Notes: generated from the letters alone by a model not told the origin. DNA of 32,000 bases from Pseudomonas aeruginosa (GCF_001457615.1 NZ_LN831024.1:2220001-2252000); one strand, 5' to 3'. Numbered from the stretch's first letter, positions 1-9,379 are shown. A program made the numbers and translations.

Positions 1-261
1 GTCGAGCGCGCCGCCGGGGTCGACGGCGTGCTGGCCGCCACCGGCGACGCGGTGGGGCGGATCAACGACCTCGCCGCGCAGATCGCCTCGGCCTGCGAGG
101 AGCAGAGCCGGGTAATCGACGAAATCGCCCGCAACATCAGCGAGGTGCGCGAGCTTTCCGCCCAGGCGGCGGAACATTCGGAGCAGGGTACCGGGGCCAG
201 CCGCCGGCTGTCCGAGCTGTCCTCGGAACTGGCGCGGCTGGTCGGCCGTTTCCGCGTCTGA
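1..261 (+). CDS. Methyl-accepting chemotaxis protein, C-terminal fragment (5' end outside window)
   Basis: Frame open from base 1; coiled-coil signalling-domain-like sequence ...VRELSAQAAEHSEQGTGASRRLSELSSELARLVGRFRV, typical of MCP C-termini. Confidence 0.85.
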   Translation, partial: VERAAGVDGVLAATGDAVGRINDLAAQIASACEEQSRVIDEIARNISEVRELSAQAAEHSEQGTGASRRLSELSSELARLVGRFRV

Positions 262-272
262 AGCGCCGCCGC

Positions 273-530
273 CTAGCGCGGCGCCAGCCAGATCGCCACG
301 CCTGCCAGTGCCGCCGGGACCAGGAAGACCAGCAGCAGGATCGGCAGTTCTTCGCGCAAGCCGTAGCCGGCGTGCTGGACGCCGACCCACAGGTTGACCA
401 GCGCGACGGCCAGCCAGGTCGGCAGGAACAGGCCGGCAGCGAGCGCCGGCCCGGCATCCCAGAGTTTGCCGAAGAGCAGGAACAGGCCGAGCAGGACGAT
501 GCCGCCGGCGATTACCAGGGTCACGTGCAT
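273..530 (-). CDS. Small membrane protein (about 85 aa), hypothetical
   Basis: ORF 273..632 contains an internal ATG giving MHVTLVIAGGIVLLGLFLLFGKLWDAGPALAAGLFLPTWLAVALVNLWVGVQ, with hydrophobic segments. The longer ORF start overlaps the neighbouring SDR gene. Confidence 0.6.
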   Translation of the reverse strand: MHVTLVIAGGIVLLGLFLLFGKLWDAGPALAAGLFLPTWLAVALVNLWVGVQHAGYGLREELPILLLVFLVPAALAGVAIWLAPR

Positions 531-580
531 GAAGGGTTTCCGCAGGCAGGCAGCGACCGCCGTGGCGGCCGCTGCGTGGC

Positions 581-1354
581 TCACTTGGTGGAGAAGCCGC
601 CATTGATGAGGATGGTCTGGCCGGTGATCCACCAGCCTTCGCTGACCAGGTGGCGGATGAACGGCACCACGTCGTCGATGTCGGTCAGGCCGGTTTTGGA
701 GAACGGCGACAAGGCCGCGGCGTTCTTCAGGTAGTCCACCGCATCGGCACCTTCGGCGGGGTAGAAGAAGGGCGTGTCCATGGGGCCCGGGCCGACCGCG
801 GTGACCGAGATGCCGCGCGCGCCGAACTCCTTGGAAGCGGCACGGGTGAAGTGCTCCACCGGCGCCTTGGTGCCGGCATAGGCGGCGTAGTACGGGGTAT
901 AGGCGCCAAGCAGGGAGGTCACCAGGGTGCAGATCTTGCCGTTGTCGTTGACGTGCTTGCCGGCTTCGCGCAGGAAGAAGAACGCAGACTTGGAATTGAC
1001 CGCGCTCATCTCGTCGTATTCGGTCTCGCTGATCTCGGTGATGGGTTTCTTCAGCACCTTGCCGACGGTGTTGATGGCGATGTCCGGCTTGCCCACCGCG
1101 GCGATGGCGTCGGCGAACAGCTTTTCCATGGCCGCGGCGCTGGTGAGATCGCCCTGCAGCGCTACCGCCTTGGCTCCGGCTGCCTGCAGCGCGGCGACGG
1201 TGGCGTCGGCATCGGCCTTGCTCGCGGCGCTGTTGTAGTGGATGGCGATCGCCTTCGCGCCGTGGGCGGCGAGATCACGGGCGATCAGCCCGCCCAGGTT
1301 CTTGGCGCCGCCGGTGATGAGGACGGTCTTGCCTTTGATGGAGTGGTCGACCAT
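581..1354 (-). CDS. Short-chain dehydrogenase/reductase (SDR) family oxidoreductase
   Basis: 257 aa; N-terminal cofactor motif (GKTVLITGGAKNLGGLIARDLAAHGA) and YxxxK-type active site (YAAYAGTKAPVEH). Confidence 0.9.
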   Translation of the reverse strand: MVDHSIKGKTVLITGGAKNLGGLIARDLAAHGAKAIAIHYNSAASKADADATVAALQAAGAKAVALQGDLTSAAAMEKLFADAIAAVGKPDIAINTVGKVLKKPITEISETEYDEMSAVNSKSAFFFLREAGKHVNDNGKICTLVTSLLGAYTPYYAAYAGTKAPVEHFTRAASKEFGARGISVTAVGPGPMDTPFFYPAEGADAVDYLKNAAALSPFSKTGLTDIDDVVPFIRHLVSEGWWITGQTILINGGFSTK

Positions 1355-1563
1355 GGGGTGTTTCTCCTGCGGTGAGTGGAGAACCCAGTCTAGGGAGGGC
1401 GGCCTTGCGGAGTAATCGCGGCGGCCTGGATAGATTGTCCAGAAACGCCGATCAATTCCCGCCTCCGGAGGAGCGCAGCCGCCTGCACGAATCTTCTAGA
1501 ACCCCGGACGGGCGCGTTATAGTCGCGGCGACGAAACCAACGAGTGGGAAGACCTGACGCACG

Positions 1564-2400
1564 ATGGGCAGCCGAGACTGGATCGACCTGGCCCGCGACG
1601 CCGAGACCGGGATCGAGACCCTGCGCGCCCATTTCGAGGGCCACGCCTACGATCCGCACTGGCACGACAGCTACCTGATCGGCTACACCGAGATCGGCGT
1701 GCAGCAATTCAACTGCCGCCGACGCCGACACGACAGCACCGCCGGCCAGGTATTCCTGGTCGAACCGGGGGAGATCCACGACGGTCGCGCGCCGATCGCC
1801 GGCGGCTTCACCTACTCGATGCTGTACCTGCAGCCGGACTGGCTGCGGCGCGAACTGCGGGCGACCTTCGACGATGCGCCCAGCGACCGCGACCCCGGCT
1901 TCCACGCCAACCTCACCGAAGACCCGCGCCTGACCCTGGCCATCGCCCAGGCCTTCCGCGTCCTGCATGGCCGCGAGCTGCGACTGCTGCGGCAGACCGC
2001 CCTGGAGCTGGTGCTGGAGCGGCTGCGCGTGCACCTCGGCTGGCGCGAGGCGAAGCCATTCGATCCGCGCCTGCCGCTGGTGGCGCAGAAAGCCCGCGAC
2101 TACCTGCATGCGCACTTCTACCAGGACATCGGCCTGGACGAGCTGGCCAGCGCCTGCGGCACCGACCGCTTCCGCCTGAACCGTGCATTCAAGGCCGCCT
2201 ACGGCTTGCCACCCTACGCCTACCTGGTCCAGTTGCGCCTGGCCAAGGCGCGGCAGATGCTCGCTGTCGGCGGGCAACCGGCGGACCTCGCCAGCGCTCT
2301 CGGTTTCGCCGACCAGAGCCATCTCGGCCGCTGGTTCCGGCGCGCCTACGGGATGACCCCGGCGGCCTACCGCCGGCAGTGCACCCAGCTTCCAGACTGA
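1564..2400 (+). CDS. AraC family transcriptional regulator
   Basis: 278 aa; N-terminal cupin-like AraC ligand domain and C-terminal two-HTH region (LDELASACGTDRFRLNRAFKAAYGLPPYAYLVQLRLAKARQML...FADQSHLGRWFRRAYGMTPAAYRR). Confidence 0.92.
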   Translation: MGSRDWIDLARDAETGIETLRAHFEGHAYDPHWHDSYLIGYTEIGVQQFNCRRRRHDSTAGQVFLVEPGEIHDGRAPIAGGFTYSMLYLQPDWLRRELRATFDDAPSDRDPGFHANLTEDPRLTLAIAQAFRVLHGRELRLLRQTALELVLERLRVHLGWREAKPFDPRLPLVAQKARDYLHAHFYQDIGLDELASACGTDRFRLNRAFKAAYGLPPYAYLVQLRLAKARQMLAVGGQPADLASALGFADQSHLGRWFRRAYGMTPAAYRRQCTQLPD

Positions 2401-2450
2401 GGCCCGGCGCGTCGCCAGGATGAAGGCTCCCCCGCCACAGGAGCCCGTCC

Positions 2451-3044
2451 ATGCAATCCCTCGTGCCCTTCCTGCTGTTCGCCGTCGTCGCCTCGATCAC
2501 CCCCGGACCGACCAACATCCTGGTCCTGAGCAACAGCCAGCGCCACGGCCTGGCCGCCGCCTGGCCGATCGTGCTCGGCGCCTGCGCGGCGGTGGCGGCG
2601 CTGATCCTGCTGCTCGGGCTCGGCCTGGGCGAGTTGCTGCGACGCCATCCGCTGCTCCAGCAGGGGCTCGCCTGGCTCGGCGTCGGCTGGCTCAGCTACC
2701 TGGCCTGGAGCCTGTTCCGCAGCGCGGGCGGCATCGACGGCGCGGAGCCGCCGCGGCGCCTCGGCGTGCTCGGCGGCGCGGCGTTGCAACTGGTCAATCC
2801 CAAGGCCTGGATGATGGCCCTCGCCGCGCTGGCACTGTTCGCCGGGGAAGGCGCCGGACAGGCCGGGCGGATCGGCCTGCTGGCATTGCTGTTCTTCCTG
2901 GTTTCGCTGCCGTGCCTGGCCAGTTGGGCCTTGCTCGGCGTCGGCAGCGCGCGGCTGCTGCGCTCGCCGTCGCTGATGAAACGCTTCAACCAGGGCATGG
3001 CGCTGTTGTTGCTGGCATCGGCCTGGGCCGCCCTGCTGCTCTGA
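2451..3044 (+). CDS. LysE/RhtB family amino-acid exporter
   Basis: 197 aa, multiple hydrophobic helices, N-terminal SITPGPTNILVLSNSQRHG motif typical of LysE/RhtB. Confidence 0.9.
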   Translation: MQSLVPFLLFAVVASITPGPTNILVLSNSQRHGLAAAWPIVLGACAAVAALILLLGLGLGELLRRHPLLQQGLAWLGVGWLSYLAWSLFRSAGGIDGAEPPRRLGVLGGAALQLVNPKAWMMALAALALFAGEGAGQAGRIGLLALLFFLVSLPCLASWALLGVGSARLLRSPSLMKRFNQGMALLLLASAWAALLL

Positions 3045-3163
3045 GGCGGTCCGGTAGCTTCCTGACAAACCTGTGGGTTGGTACGCCGGGCCCGGGTTGG
3101 CTATGGTGGGACGATCCGTAGCCATGGCGCGGTCGCCGTCAGCACGCCGCGCAAGGAACCTCC

Positions 3164-4030
3164 ATGTTGAAACCCGACATCACTGCCTTCTTCGACCCGG
3201 CCACCTCCACCTACAGCTACGTGGTGCGCGACCCGTCCAGCCGCGCCTGCGCCATCGTCGACCCGGTGCTCGACTACGACCCGGCCGCCGGGCGCACCAG
3301 CCATGCCAGCGCCGAACGCCTGATCGCCCATGTTCGCCAGCACGACCTGCAGGTGGAATGGCTGCTGGAGACCCACGTGCACGCCGACCACCTGTCGGCG
3401 GCCATCTTCCTGCAGCGCGAACTGGGCGGGTGCCTGGCCATCGGCGCGCGAATCACCCAGGTCCAGGCGAAATTCTCCGGCCTGTTCAACCTCGGCGAGG
3501 CGTTCCCGGTGGACGGCCGCCAGTTCGAGCACCTGTTCGAGGACGGCGAGTCGTTCCGCATCGGCGCCCTGGAATGCCGCGCGCTGCATACCCCGGGGCA
3601 TACCCCGGCGTGCATGACCTACCTGGTCGGCGACAGCGCCTTCGTCGGCGATACCCTGTTCATGCCCGACTACGGCACCGCCCGCTGCGATTTCCCCGGC
3701 GGCGACGCGCGCCAGCTGTATCGCTCGATCCAGCGCCTGTTCGCGCTACCCGACGCGACCCGCCTGTTCATGTGCCACGACTACACGGCTCCCGGCCGCG
3801 ACGAGCACCGCTGCGAAACCAGCGTCGGCGAGCAGCGCCGGCACAACGTGCACGTCCGCGAAGGCGTCGACGAGGAGGCGTTCGTCGCCATGCGCCAGCA
3901 GCGCGATGCCACCCTCGGCATGCCAACCCTGATGCTGCCGGCGATCCAGGTCAACATGCGCGGCGGCAACCTGCCGCCGGTGGAAGGCAACGGGGTGCGT
4001 TACCTGAAGATCCCGCTGGATCTGTTCTGA
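3164..4030 (+). CDS. MBL-fold metallo-hydrolase (ETHE1/glyoxalase-II-like)
   Basis: 288 aa; metal-binding motif ETHVHADHLSAA and a second His region RALHTPGHTPACMTYLVGDSAFVGDTLF. Confidence 0.88.
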   Translation: MLKPDITAFFDPATSTYSYVVRDPSSRACAIVDPVLDYDPAAGRTSHASAERLIAHVRQHDLQVEWLLETHVHADHLSAAIFLQRELGGCLAIGARITQVQAKFSGLFNLGEAFPVDGRQFEHLFEDGESFRIGALECRALHTPGHTPACMTYLVGDSAFVGDTLFMPDYGTARCDFPGGDARQLYRSIQRLFALPDATRLFMCHDYTAPGRDEHRCETSVGEQRRHNVHVREGVDEEAFVAMRQQRDATLGMPTLMLPAIQVNMRGGNLPPVEGNGVRYLKIPLDLF

Positions 4031-5062
4031 TCAGCTGCGGCGACGCAGCAGGAGAATGAAGAACAGCCCGCCGATGGCCGCGGTGGCGATGCCGATGGGC
4101 AGGTCCTGGGGGGCGATCAGGGTGCGCGCGGCGACATCCATCCAGACCAGGAACAGCGCGCCGAGCAGGGCGCACACCGGCAGCAGTCGGCGGTGCTCGG
4201 CACCCACCAGCAGGCGCGCGGCGTGCGGCAGCATGAGACCGACGAAGCCGATGGCGCCGCTCACCGAGACCAGCACGCCGGTCAGCAGCGAGCAGCAGAC
4301 GAAGACCCACAGGCGTACGCGACGGGCGTCCAGGCCGAGGGTCACGGCGGTCTGTTCGCCGGCCATCAGCGCGTTCAGCGCACGGCCCAGCCCGAGCAGT
4401 ACCAGCAGGCCGCCGGCCACGCACAGCGCCGGCAGCCAGATCAACGACCAGCGCGCCAGGCCGAGGCCGCCGAGCATCCAGAACAGCACAGAGGAGGCGG
4501 CGCGGTGGTCGCCGAGGAACAGCAGCAGGTTGGCCAGCGCCAGGAGCACGAACGACACCGCGACCCCCGCCAGCAACAGCCGGTCGCTGCCCAGGCGGCC
4601 GCCGCGACTGGCCACGCCGAGCACCAGCAGCATGCTGCCGAGGGCGCCGAGGAAGGCCGCCAGCGGCAGGGTCAGCAGGCCGATCACCTCGCCGATGTAG
4701 AGCACCACCAACACCGCGCCGAGGGTCGCGCCGGAGGTGGCGCCGAGCAGGTGCGGATCGGCCAGCGGATTGCGCGTGACCGCCTGCAGGGCCGCTCCCA
4801 CCAGCGCCAGGCCGGCGCCGACGCAGGCACCGAGCAGTACCCGTGGGGCGCGGATCAGCCAGACGATGTGCTCCTGGCCGGCGCTCCAGGCACCGGGCTC
4901 CGCCGCCACGCCGAACAGGCGCTGGAGGACGATGCGGCCGACCAGGCCGCTGTCCAGTCGCGCCGGACCGAAGCCGAGGGCGACCACGCAGGACAGGCCG
5001 AGCAACATGACCAGGCTGCCCAGCAACAGGCAATAGGCGCGAGGGCTGCGGAACAGGGTCAT
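4031..5062 (-). CDS. ABC transporter permease, FecCD/BtuC family
   Basis: 343 aa; hydrophobic; family motifs LVGAALQAVTRNPLADPHLLGATSGA and GFVGLMLPHAARLLVG. Confidence 0.93.
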   Translation of the reverse strand: MTLFRSPRAYCLLLGSLVMLLGLSCVVALGFGPARLDSGLVGRIVLQRLFGVAAEPGAWSAGQEHIVWLIRAPRVLLGACVGAGLALVGAALQAVTRNPLADPHLLGATSGATLGAVLVVLYIGEVIGLLTLPLAAFLGALGSMLLVLGVASRGGRLGSDRLLLAGVAVSFVLLALANLLLFLGDHRAASSVLFWMLGGLGLARWSLIWLPALCVAGGLLVLLGLGRALNALMAGEQTAVTLGLDARRVRLWVFVCCSLLTGVLVSVSGAIGFVGLMLPHAARLLVGAEHRRLLPVCALLGALFLVWMDVAARTLIAPQDLPIGIATAAIGGLFFILLLRRRS

Positions 5063-6030
5063 GGACGTGGCGCCCGAGGGTGGAGGCCGGCGACCAGGGT
5101 TTCTATCGCCGCGGCGTTGCCGATGCCCGGCGTGGCCTGGTTATAGGGCAGGACGATGAAGCGTCGCTCGCGGATCGCGGTCAGGCTGCGCAGCGCCGGG
5201 TTCTCTTCGAGGAAGCGCTGCTTCTGCGCGGCGCTGGTCTCGCCGTAGTCGACGATGACGATGACCTGCGGATCGCGGGCGACCACGCTTTCCCAGTTGA
5301 CCTGGGTCCAACTGGCCGCCACGTCGTCGGTCACGCTGCGGCCGCCGGCGGCCTCGATCAGCGCCTGCGGCATGCCCAGGCGGCCAGAGGTGAAGGGGCG
5401 GTCCTCGCCGCTGTCGTAGAGGAACACCCGCGGCGCCTCGGCGTTCGCCGGGATGCCGGCGCGGGCGCGCTCGATGCGTGCCTGGAGGCTGGCGACCAGG
5501 CGCTCGGCGCGCGGTTCGACGTCGAAGATCCGCCCCAGGTTGCGCAGGTCGCGGTACAGCTCGTCGAGGCTGGCGCGGCGCGGCTCGCCGATCTGCGCGC
5601 AGGATTCGCTCAGCTCGTAGACCTTCACCCCCAGCGGCTCCAGGCTGGCCGGAGTGAGGTCGCCGCCGACGCGCATGCCGTAGCCCCAACCGGCGAAGAA
5701 GAAGTCGGCGTCGACATCGAGCAGGGTTTCCGCCGTGGGGTAGCGCGCCACCAGCTCGGGCAGCGGCTTGAGCGCGGCGATCAATCCGGGATCGGCATTC
5801 TTCCACCAGCCGCTGATGCCGGTATAGCCGACCATGCGCGTTTGCAGACCGAGGGCGACCATCATCTCGGTGAGGTTGATGTCGTGGCTGACTGCGCGCG
5901 ACGGCGCGCGCTCGAACGTCACTTCGCGCTCGCAGCTGCGCACGCTGAGCGGGTAGCGCTCGGCCAGCGCGGCATCGGCGCAGGCGAGCAGGGCGCAGAG
6001 CAGCAGGTGGTGCAGGATCGGGTGCTTCAT
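5059..6030 (-). CDS. ABC transporter periplasmic substrate-binding protein (BtuF/FhuD-like)
   Basis: Within ORF 5059..6111; the ATG at 6030 gives a signal peptide MKHPILHHLLLCALLACADAALA and overlaps the ATPase stop by 4 nt (ATGA). Type III binding-protein-like sequence. Confidence 0.9.
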   Translation of the reverse strand: MKHPILHHLLLCALLACADAALAERYPLSVRSCEREVTFERAPSRAVSHDINLTEMMVALGLQTRMVGYTGISGWWKNADPGLIAALKPLPELVARYPTAETLLDVDADFFFAGWGYGMRVGGDLTPASLEPLGVKVYELSESCAQIGEPRRASLDELYRDLRNLGRIFDVEPRAERLVASLQARIERARAGIPANAEAPRVFLYDSGEDRPFTSGRLGMPQALIEAAGGRSVTDDVAASWTQVNWESVVARDPQVIVIVDYGETSAAQKQRFLEENPALRSLTAIRERRFIVLPYNQATPGIGNAAAIETLVAGLHPRAPRP

Positions 6031-6800
6031 GCTTGGGTAATCCAGGTCAGGCGCGGGTGGTCGGCGAGGGGGTGGCGGTCGACCAGGGCGCGGACGCCGA
6101 ACACCCGCCACAGCAGGTCGGCGTCGAGCACTTTGGTCGGCGTGCCCTGGGCGACGATGCGGCCGCCGTCGAGCACGTAGAGGCGGTCGCAGAAGGCCGC
6201 CGCCAGGTTGAGGTCGTGGAAGCTCGCCAGGGTGCTCAGGCCGAGGCTGCGCAGCAGGCGCAGAAGCTCCAGCTGGTAGCGCGGGTCGAGGTGGTTGGTC
6301 GGTTCGTCGAGGATCAGCAGGCGCGGCTCCTGAACCAGCGCGCGAGCCAGCAGGGCGCGCTGCTTCTCGCCACCGGAGAGGCTGGCGAAGGGGCTCGCGG
6401 CACGCCCTTCGAGACCGACCTGGAGCAGCGCCTGGCGGACCCGCTGGCGGTCGTCCGCGCCGTGGCCGTCGAACAGGCCCTTGTGCGGCGTGCGGCCCAT
6501 GGCGACCACGTCCTCGACGGCGAGGCCGAAGTCCTCGGGGAATTCCTGCAACACCACCGCGATACGCCGGGCGGCCCAGCGCGGCGGCTGGCGCCAGAGG
6601 TCGTCGCCGTCGAGCACCACCCGGCCGCGCTGCGGTCGCGCATAGCGGAAGGCGCAGCGCAGCAGGCTGGTCTTGCCGCTGCCGTTGGGGCCGATCAGGC
6701 CGACGAAACTGCCGGCCGGGACTTCCAGATGCACGCCGCGCAGCAACTCGGTGGAGGCGTCGGGCGACCAGTGCAGGGCATCGAGGTGAAGGGACGACAT
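6027..6800 (-). CDS. ABC transporter ATP-binding protein (FecE/BtuD-like)
   Basis: Walker A GPNGSGKTS, signature LSGGEKQRALLARAL, Walker B LLILDEPTNHLD. Start MSSLHLDALHW at 6800 preferred over the longer ORF start at 6968. Confidence 0.93.
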   Translation of the reverse strand: MSSLHLDALHWSPDASTELLRGVHLEVPAGSFVGLIGPNGSGKTSLLRCAFRYARPQRGRVVLDGDDLWRQPPRWAARRIAVVLQEFPEDFGLAVEDVVAMGRTPHKGLFDGHGADDRQRVRQALLQVGLEGRAASPFASLSGGEKQRALLARALVQEPRLLILDEPTNHLDPRYQLELLRLLRSLGLSTLASFHDLNLAAAFCDRLYVLDGGRIVAQGTPTKVLDADLLWRVFGVRALVDRHPLADHPRLTWITQA

Positions 6801-6852
6801 GGCTACTCGCAGGTCCGGTGGTTCAGCAGAGACGATTGCCGCGGCGCCGGCT

Positions 6853-9009
6853 TCAGAAACTGAAGTCGGCGGTGACGTTGAACGAGCGTGGCTGGCCCAT
6901 GATCCATTGCTGGCCGTTGTTGTTGTCAGCCAGGGCGTACTGGCGGTCGAACAGGTTGTACAGCTCAAGGCCGAGGGTCAGGTCCGGCCGTACCCGCCAG
7001 CCCAGGTTGGCGTCGACCACCGTGTAGCCGGGCAGGCTGGCCTGGTTGGCGGCGTCGGCGTAGCGCCGGTCGACGTAGCGCAGCCCGGCGCCGACGCGCA
7101 GGGTCTCGGCGAAGGACTTGTCCAGCCAGAGGTTGGCGGTGCGCCGTGGCACGTTCCTGGGGCGGTTGCCGTTGCGCGAGTAGGTCTGCCCGTCGATCGT
7201 TTCGTCGAAGTCGTCGTATTCGGCACGCACCAGCGCGGCGTTCGCCGACAGCCGCCAGTCCTGGGCCAGGTTCAGTTCCAGGCTGGCCTCCAGGCCGTCC
7301 GAACTCTGCTGGCCGACCTGCTGCGCGTCGTGCGGCGGCAGCGGGTTGGCGCTGAGCAGCTTCTTCTTGACGATATGGTAGGCGGCCAGGGTCCATTCGC
7401 CGCGACCGTCCGGGAACAGCTGCTTGAGGCCGACCTCGGTCTGCTTCGAGTGGGTCAGGTCCATCTGCTGCTGGGCCGCGTTGAGGGTGATCAGGTTGCT
7501 CACGCCGTCCTCGCTGGTGGAGTACTGGCCGTACAGCGACAGTTCCGGGGTCAGCGCGAAGACCAGCCCGGCGCGCCAGTTGCCGCCCTGCAGGCTGCGG
7601 TCGCTGCGGGTGCCGGCGCGCAGGTCGTCGCGGTCGATATGGTTCTGGTCGCGGCGCACCCCGGTCACCAGCGACAGGCGCTCGTTGAGCTGCAGGCGGT
7701 TCTCGGCGAACAGGGCGAAGGTGCGGGTCTGGCTGCGCGAGTGCGGCCGGTAGGGCGAGCGGCTTTCGAAGTAGCCGGGCGCGGGATGCCAGGGGTCGAT
7801 GTAGTCGCCGCCGACATCGGTATAGGGCGAGTTGTTGCTCAGGCGGAAGCGGATGCGGTTGTACTCGGCGCCGACCAGGGTGCGGCTGTCGAGGCCGAAC
7901 AGGGCGTGCTGGAAGGCGAAGGTCTGGCGGTCGCCGATCTGCTCCTGCTCGTGGCTGATGCGCAGGTAGTCCCTGCGCAACAGCTCTTCGCGCGGGACGT
8001 CCCATTCGTAGGTTTCGGCGTTGCGCCAGTGGCGGCGGGCCTTGATGTAGTACAACTGGTTGCTCGCGGTGACGCTGTCGGAAAGGCTCCAGTCGCTGGT
8101 CAGGCGGGTCCACTGGTCGTTGTAGCGCTGCACGTCGTTGCGCACGTTGTAGTTCTTCTCGCGCAGGCGCTTGTGGTACTTGCCGCCGACCAGCGGGGTG
8201 CCGAAGTCGTTCATCGGCTCCTGGTCGCCATAGTCGTGGGCGAGAGTGAAGGCCAGATCGTCGCTGGCCTGCCAGCGCAGCGCCGCGCTGATGCCCAGGT
8301 TGCGCGAGTCGCCACGGTCGATCCAGCCGTGGCTCTGCTGCTGGTTCAGGTTGAGCCGGTAGCTGAGGCTGTCGGTCAGCGAGCCGCCGCTGTCCAGGGC
8401 CAACTGGCGGTTGTCGTAGGAGCCGTAGCCGAGGCGCAGGTGGTTGCGGATCTCGCCGGCGAAAGGCTTCTTCGGCACCACGTTGATCACCGCGCCGGTG
8501 GCGCCTTCGCCGTACAGCACCGAGGCCGGGCCGCGGATCACGTCGATGCGCTCGACCATCCACGGATCGCTGGGGAAGTTCACCGTGCCCATGCCGGTGT
8601 ACAGGCGCGTGCCGTCGAACAGTTGCATCACCGATGCGTGGCCGCTGAAGCCGCGCGCCGAGAGGCCGGTACCGCCATCTCCTGGGGTGCCGATGAAGCT
8701 GATGCCGGGGCTGCGGGTGACGGCGGCCTGGACGCTGGGGTTGTTGCGCCGGCGAACTTCCTCGCCGCTGATGCTGCTGGTGCTCGCCGGGGTGTCCAGG
8801 GCGCTGAGGCCCAGACGCGAACCGGCACTGACCGGCGTGGCGAGATCGATGTGGTCGAGTTCGGCGGGGTCCTGGCGAACGCTGACCAGCTGGCTGGGCA
8901 GGGCGAGGGCGGCTTCCTCGGTTTCGGCGAGGGCGGGCGGTACCAGCAGCAGGCTGGTGGATAGGCCGAGGGCGAAAGGCTCGGTGCGCAAACGGCTGAA
9001 GCGGGGCAT
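6853..9009 (-). CDS. TonB-dependent outer membrane receptor
   Basis: 718 aa; plug domain (VERIDVIRGPASVLYGEGATGAVINVVPKKP), beta-barrel, C-terminal NVTADFSF ending in Phe; signal peptide at the N-terminus. Confidence 0.95.
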   Translation of the reverse strand: MPRFSRLRTEPFALGLSTSLLLVPPALAETEEAALALPSQLVSVRQDPAELDHIDLATPVSAGSRLGLSALDTPASTSSISGEEVRRRNNPSVQAAVTRSPGISFIGTPGDGGTGLSARGFSGHASVMQLFDGTRLYTGMGTVNFPSDPWMVERIDVIRGPASVLYGEGATGAVINVVPKKPFAGEIRNHLRLGYGSYDNRQLALDSGGSLTDSLSYRLNLNQQQSHGWIDRGDSRNLGISAALRWQASDDLAFTLAHDYGDQEPMNDFGTPLVGGKYHKRLREKNYNVRNDVQRYNDQWTRLTSDWSLSDSVTASNQLYYIKARRHWRNAETYEWDVPREELLRRDYLRISHEQEQIGDRQTFAFQHALFGLDSRTLVGAEYNRIRFRLSNNSPYTDVGGDYIDPWHPAPGYFESRSPYRPHSRSQTRTFALFAENRLQLNERLSLVTGVRRDQNHIDRDDLRAGTRSDRSLQGGNWRAGLVFALTPELSLYGQYSTSEDGVSNLITLNAAQQQMDLTHSKQTEVGLKQLFPDGRGEWTLAAYHIVKKKLLSANPLPPHDAQQVGQQSSDGLEASLELNLAQDWRLSANAALVRAEYDDFDETIDGQTYSRNGNRPRNVPRRTANLWLDKSFAETLRVGAGLRYVDRRYADAANQASLPGYTVVDANLGWRVRPDLTLGLELYNLFDRQYALADNNNGQQWIMGQPRSFNVTADFSF

Positions 9010-9119
9010 GGGCGTTCCATCTCATGACCGGGCAGGACGGAACGCGCAGGAAATCGCAGGCGCGACAGCGCCTCGAACAACCGGCTCGCTCCCGCCCACC
9101 GCGGGTGTGCCAACAGGGC

Positions 9120-9310
9120 GTTGCAGGCCGGTCTCCGGGCTTGCGAGGGTCGTGAAATCCTCGCCTTCCCATGCTGGAGCACAGTGGCCTGAAGAGGATT
9201 TCGCTCGCTTACCGTTGCGGGGGCAGCGCCGGACTGATCACTGAAGTGACGCACCGGCTTCCCGTTTCACCTCCTGCGCGGCGGCAGGAGGCACCTGGAA
9301 CGGGCCGGAT
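9120..9310 (-). promoter_or_regulatory. Cobalamin (AdoCbl) riboswitch upstream of the TonB receptor gene
   Basis: Minus strand contains the conserved order GGGAAGCCGGTG...CTGCCCCCGCAACGGTAAG...GCCACTG (complement of 9182-9188)...GGGAAGGCGAGGA...GCAAGCCCGGAGACCGGCC, about 110 nt upstream of the receptor ATG. Confidence 0.93.
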
Positions 9311-9364
9311 GGGAACATCCGCACCGTTTCCAGTCAAGCCTTGAACGATCTGGATTGAATAAAA

Positions 9365-9379
9365 TGTTATACTATAACA
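9365..9379. promoter_or_regulatory. Candidate Zur-binding site (perfect palindrome TGTTATA-C-TATAACA)
   Basis: 7-bp perfect inverted repeat around a 1-nt centre; resembles the gammaproteobacterial Zur consensus GTTATANTATAAC; lies in the receptor promoter region just 5' of the riboswitch. Confidence 0.72.

Noticed and set aside
3951-5033. 360-aa ORF on + strand over the ABC permease
   Set aside because: Arg/Pro/Gly-rich antisense shadow; the permease on the minus strand has clear FecCD motifs.
6799-8964. 721-aa ORF on + strand
   Set aside because: Antisense to the TonB receptor; GC-skew shadow ORF without motifs.
6965-9172. 735-aa ORF on - strand overlapping the TonB receptor in another frame
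   Set aside because: Pro/Arg-rich alternate-frame translation; the 6853..9009 frame has signal peptide, plug and barrel motifs.
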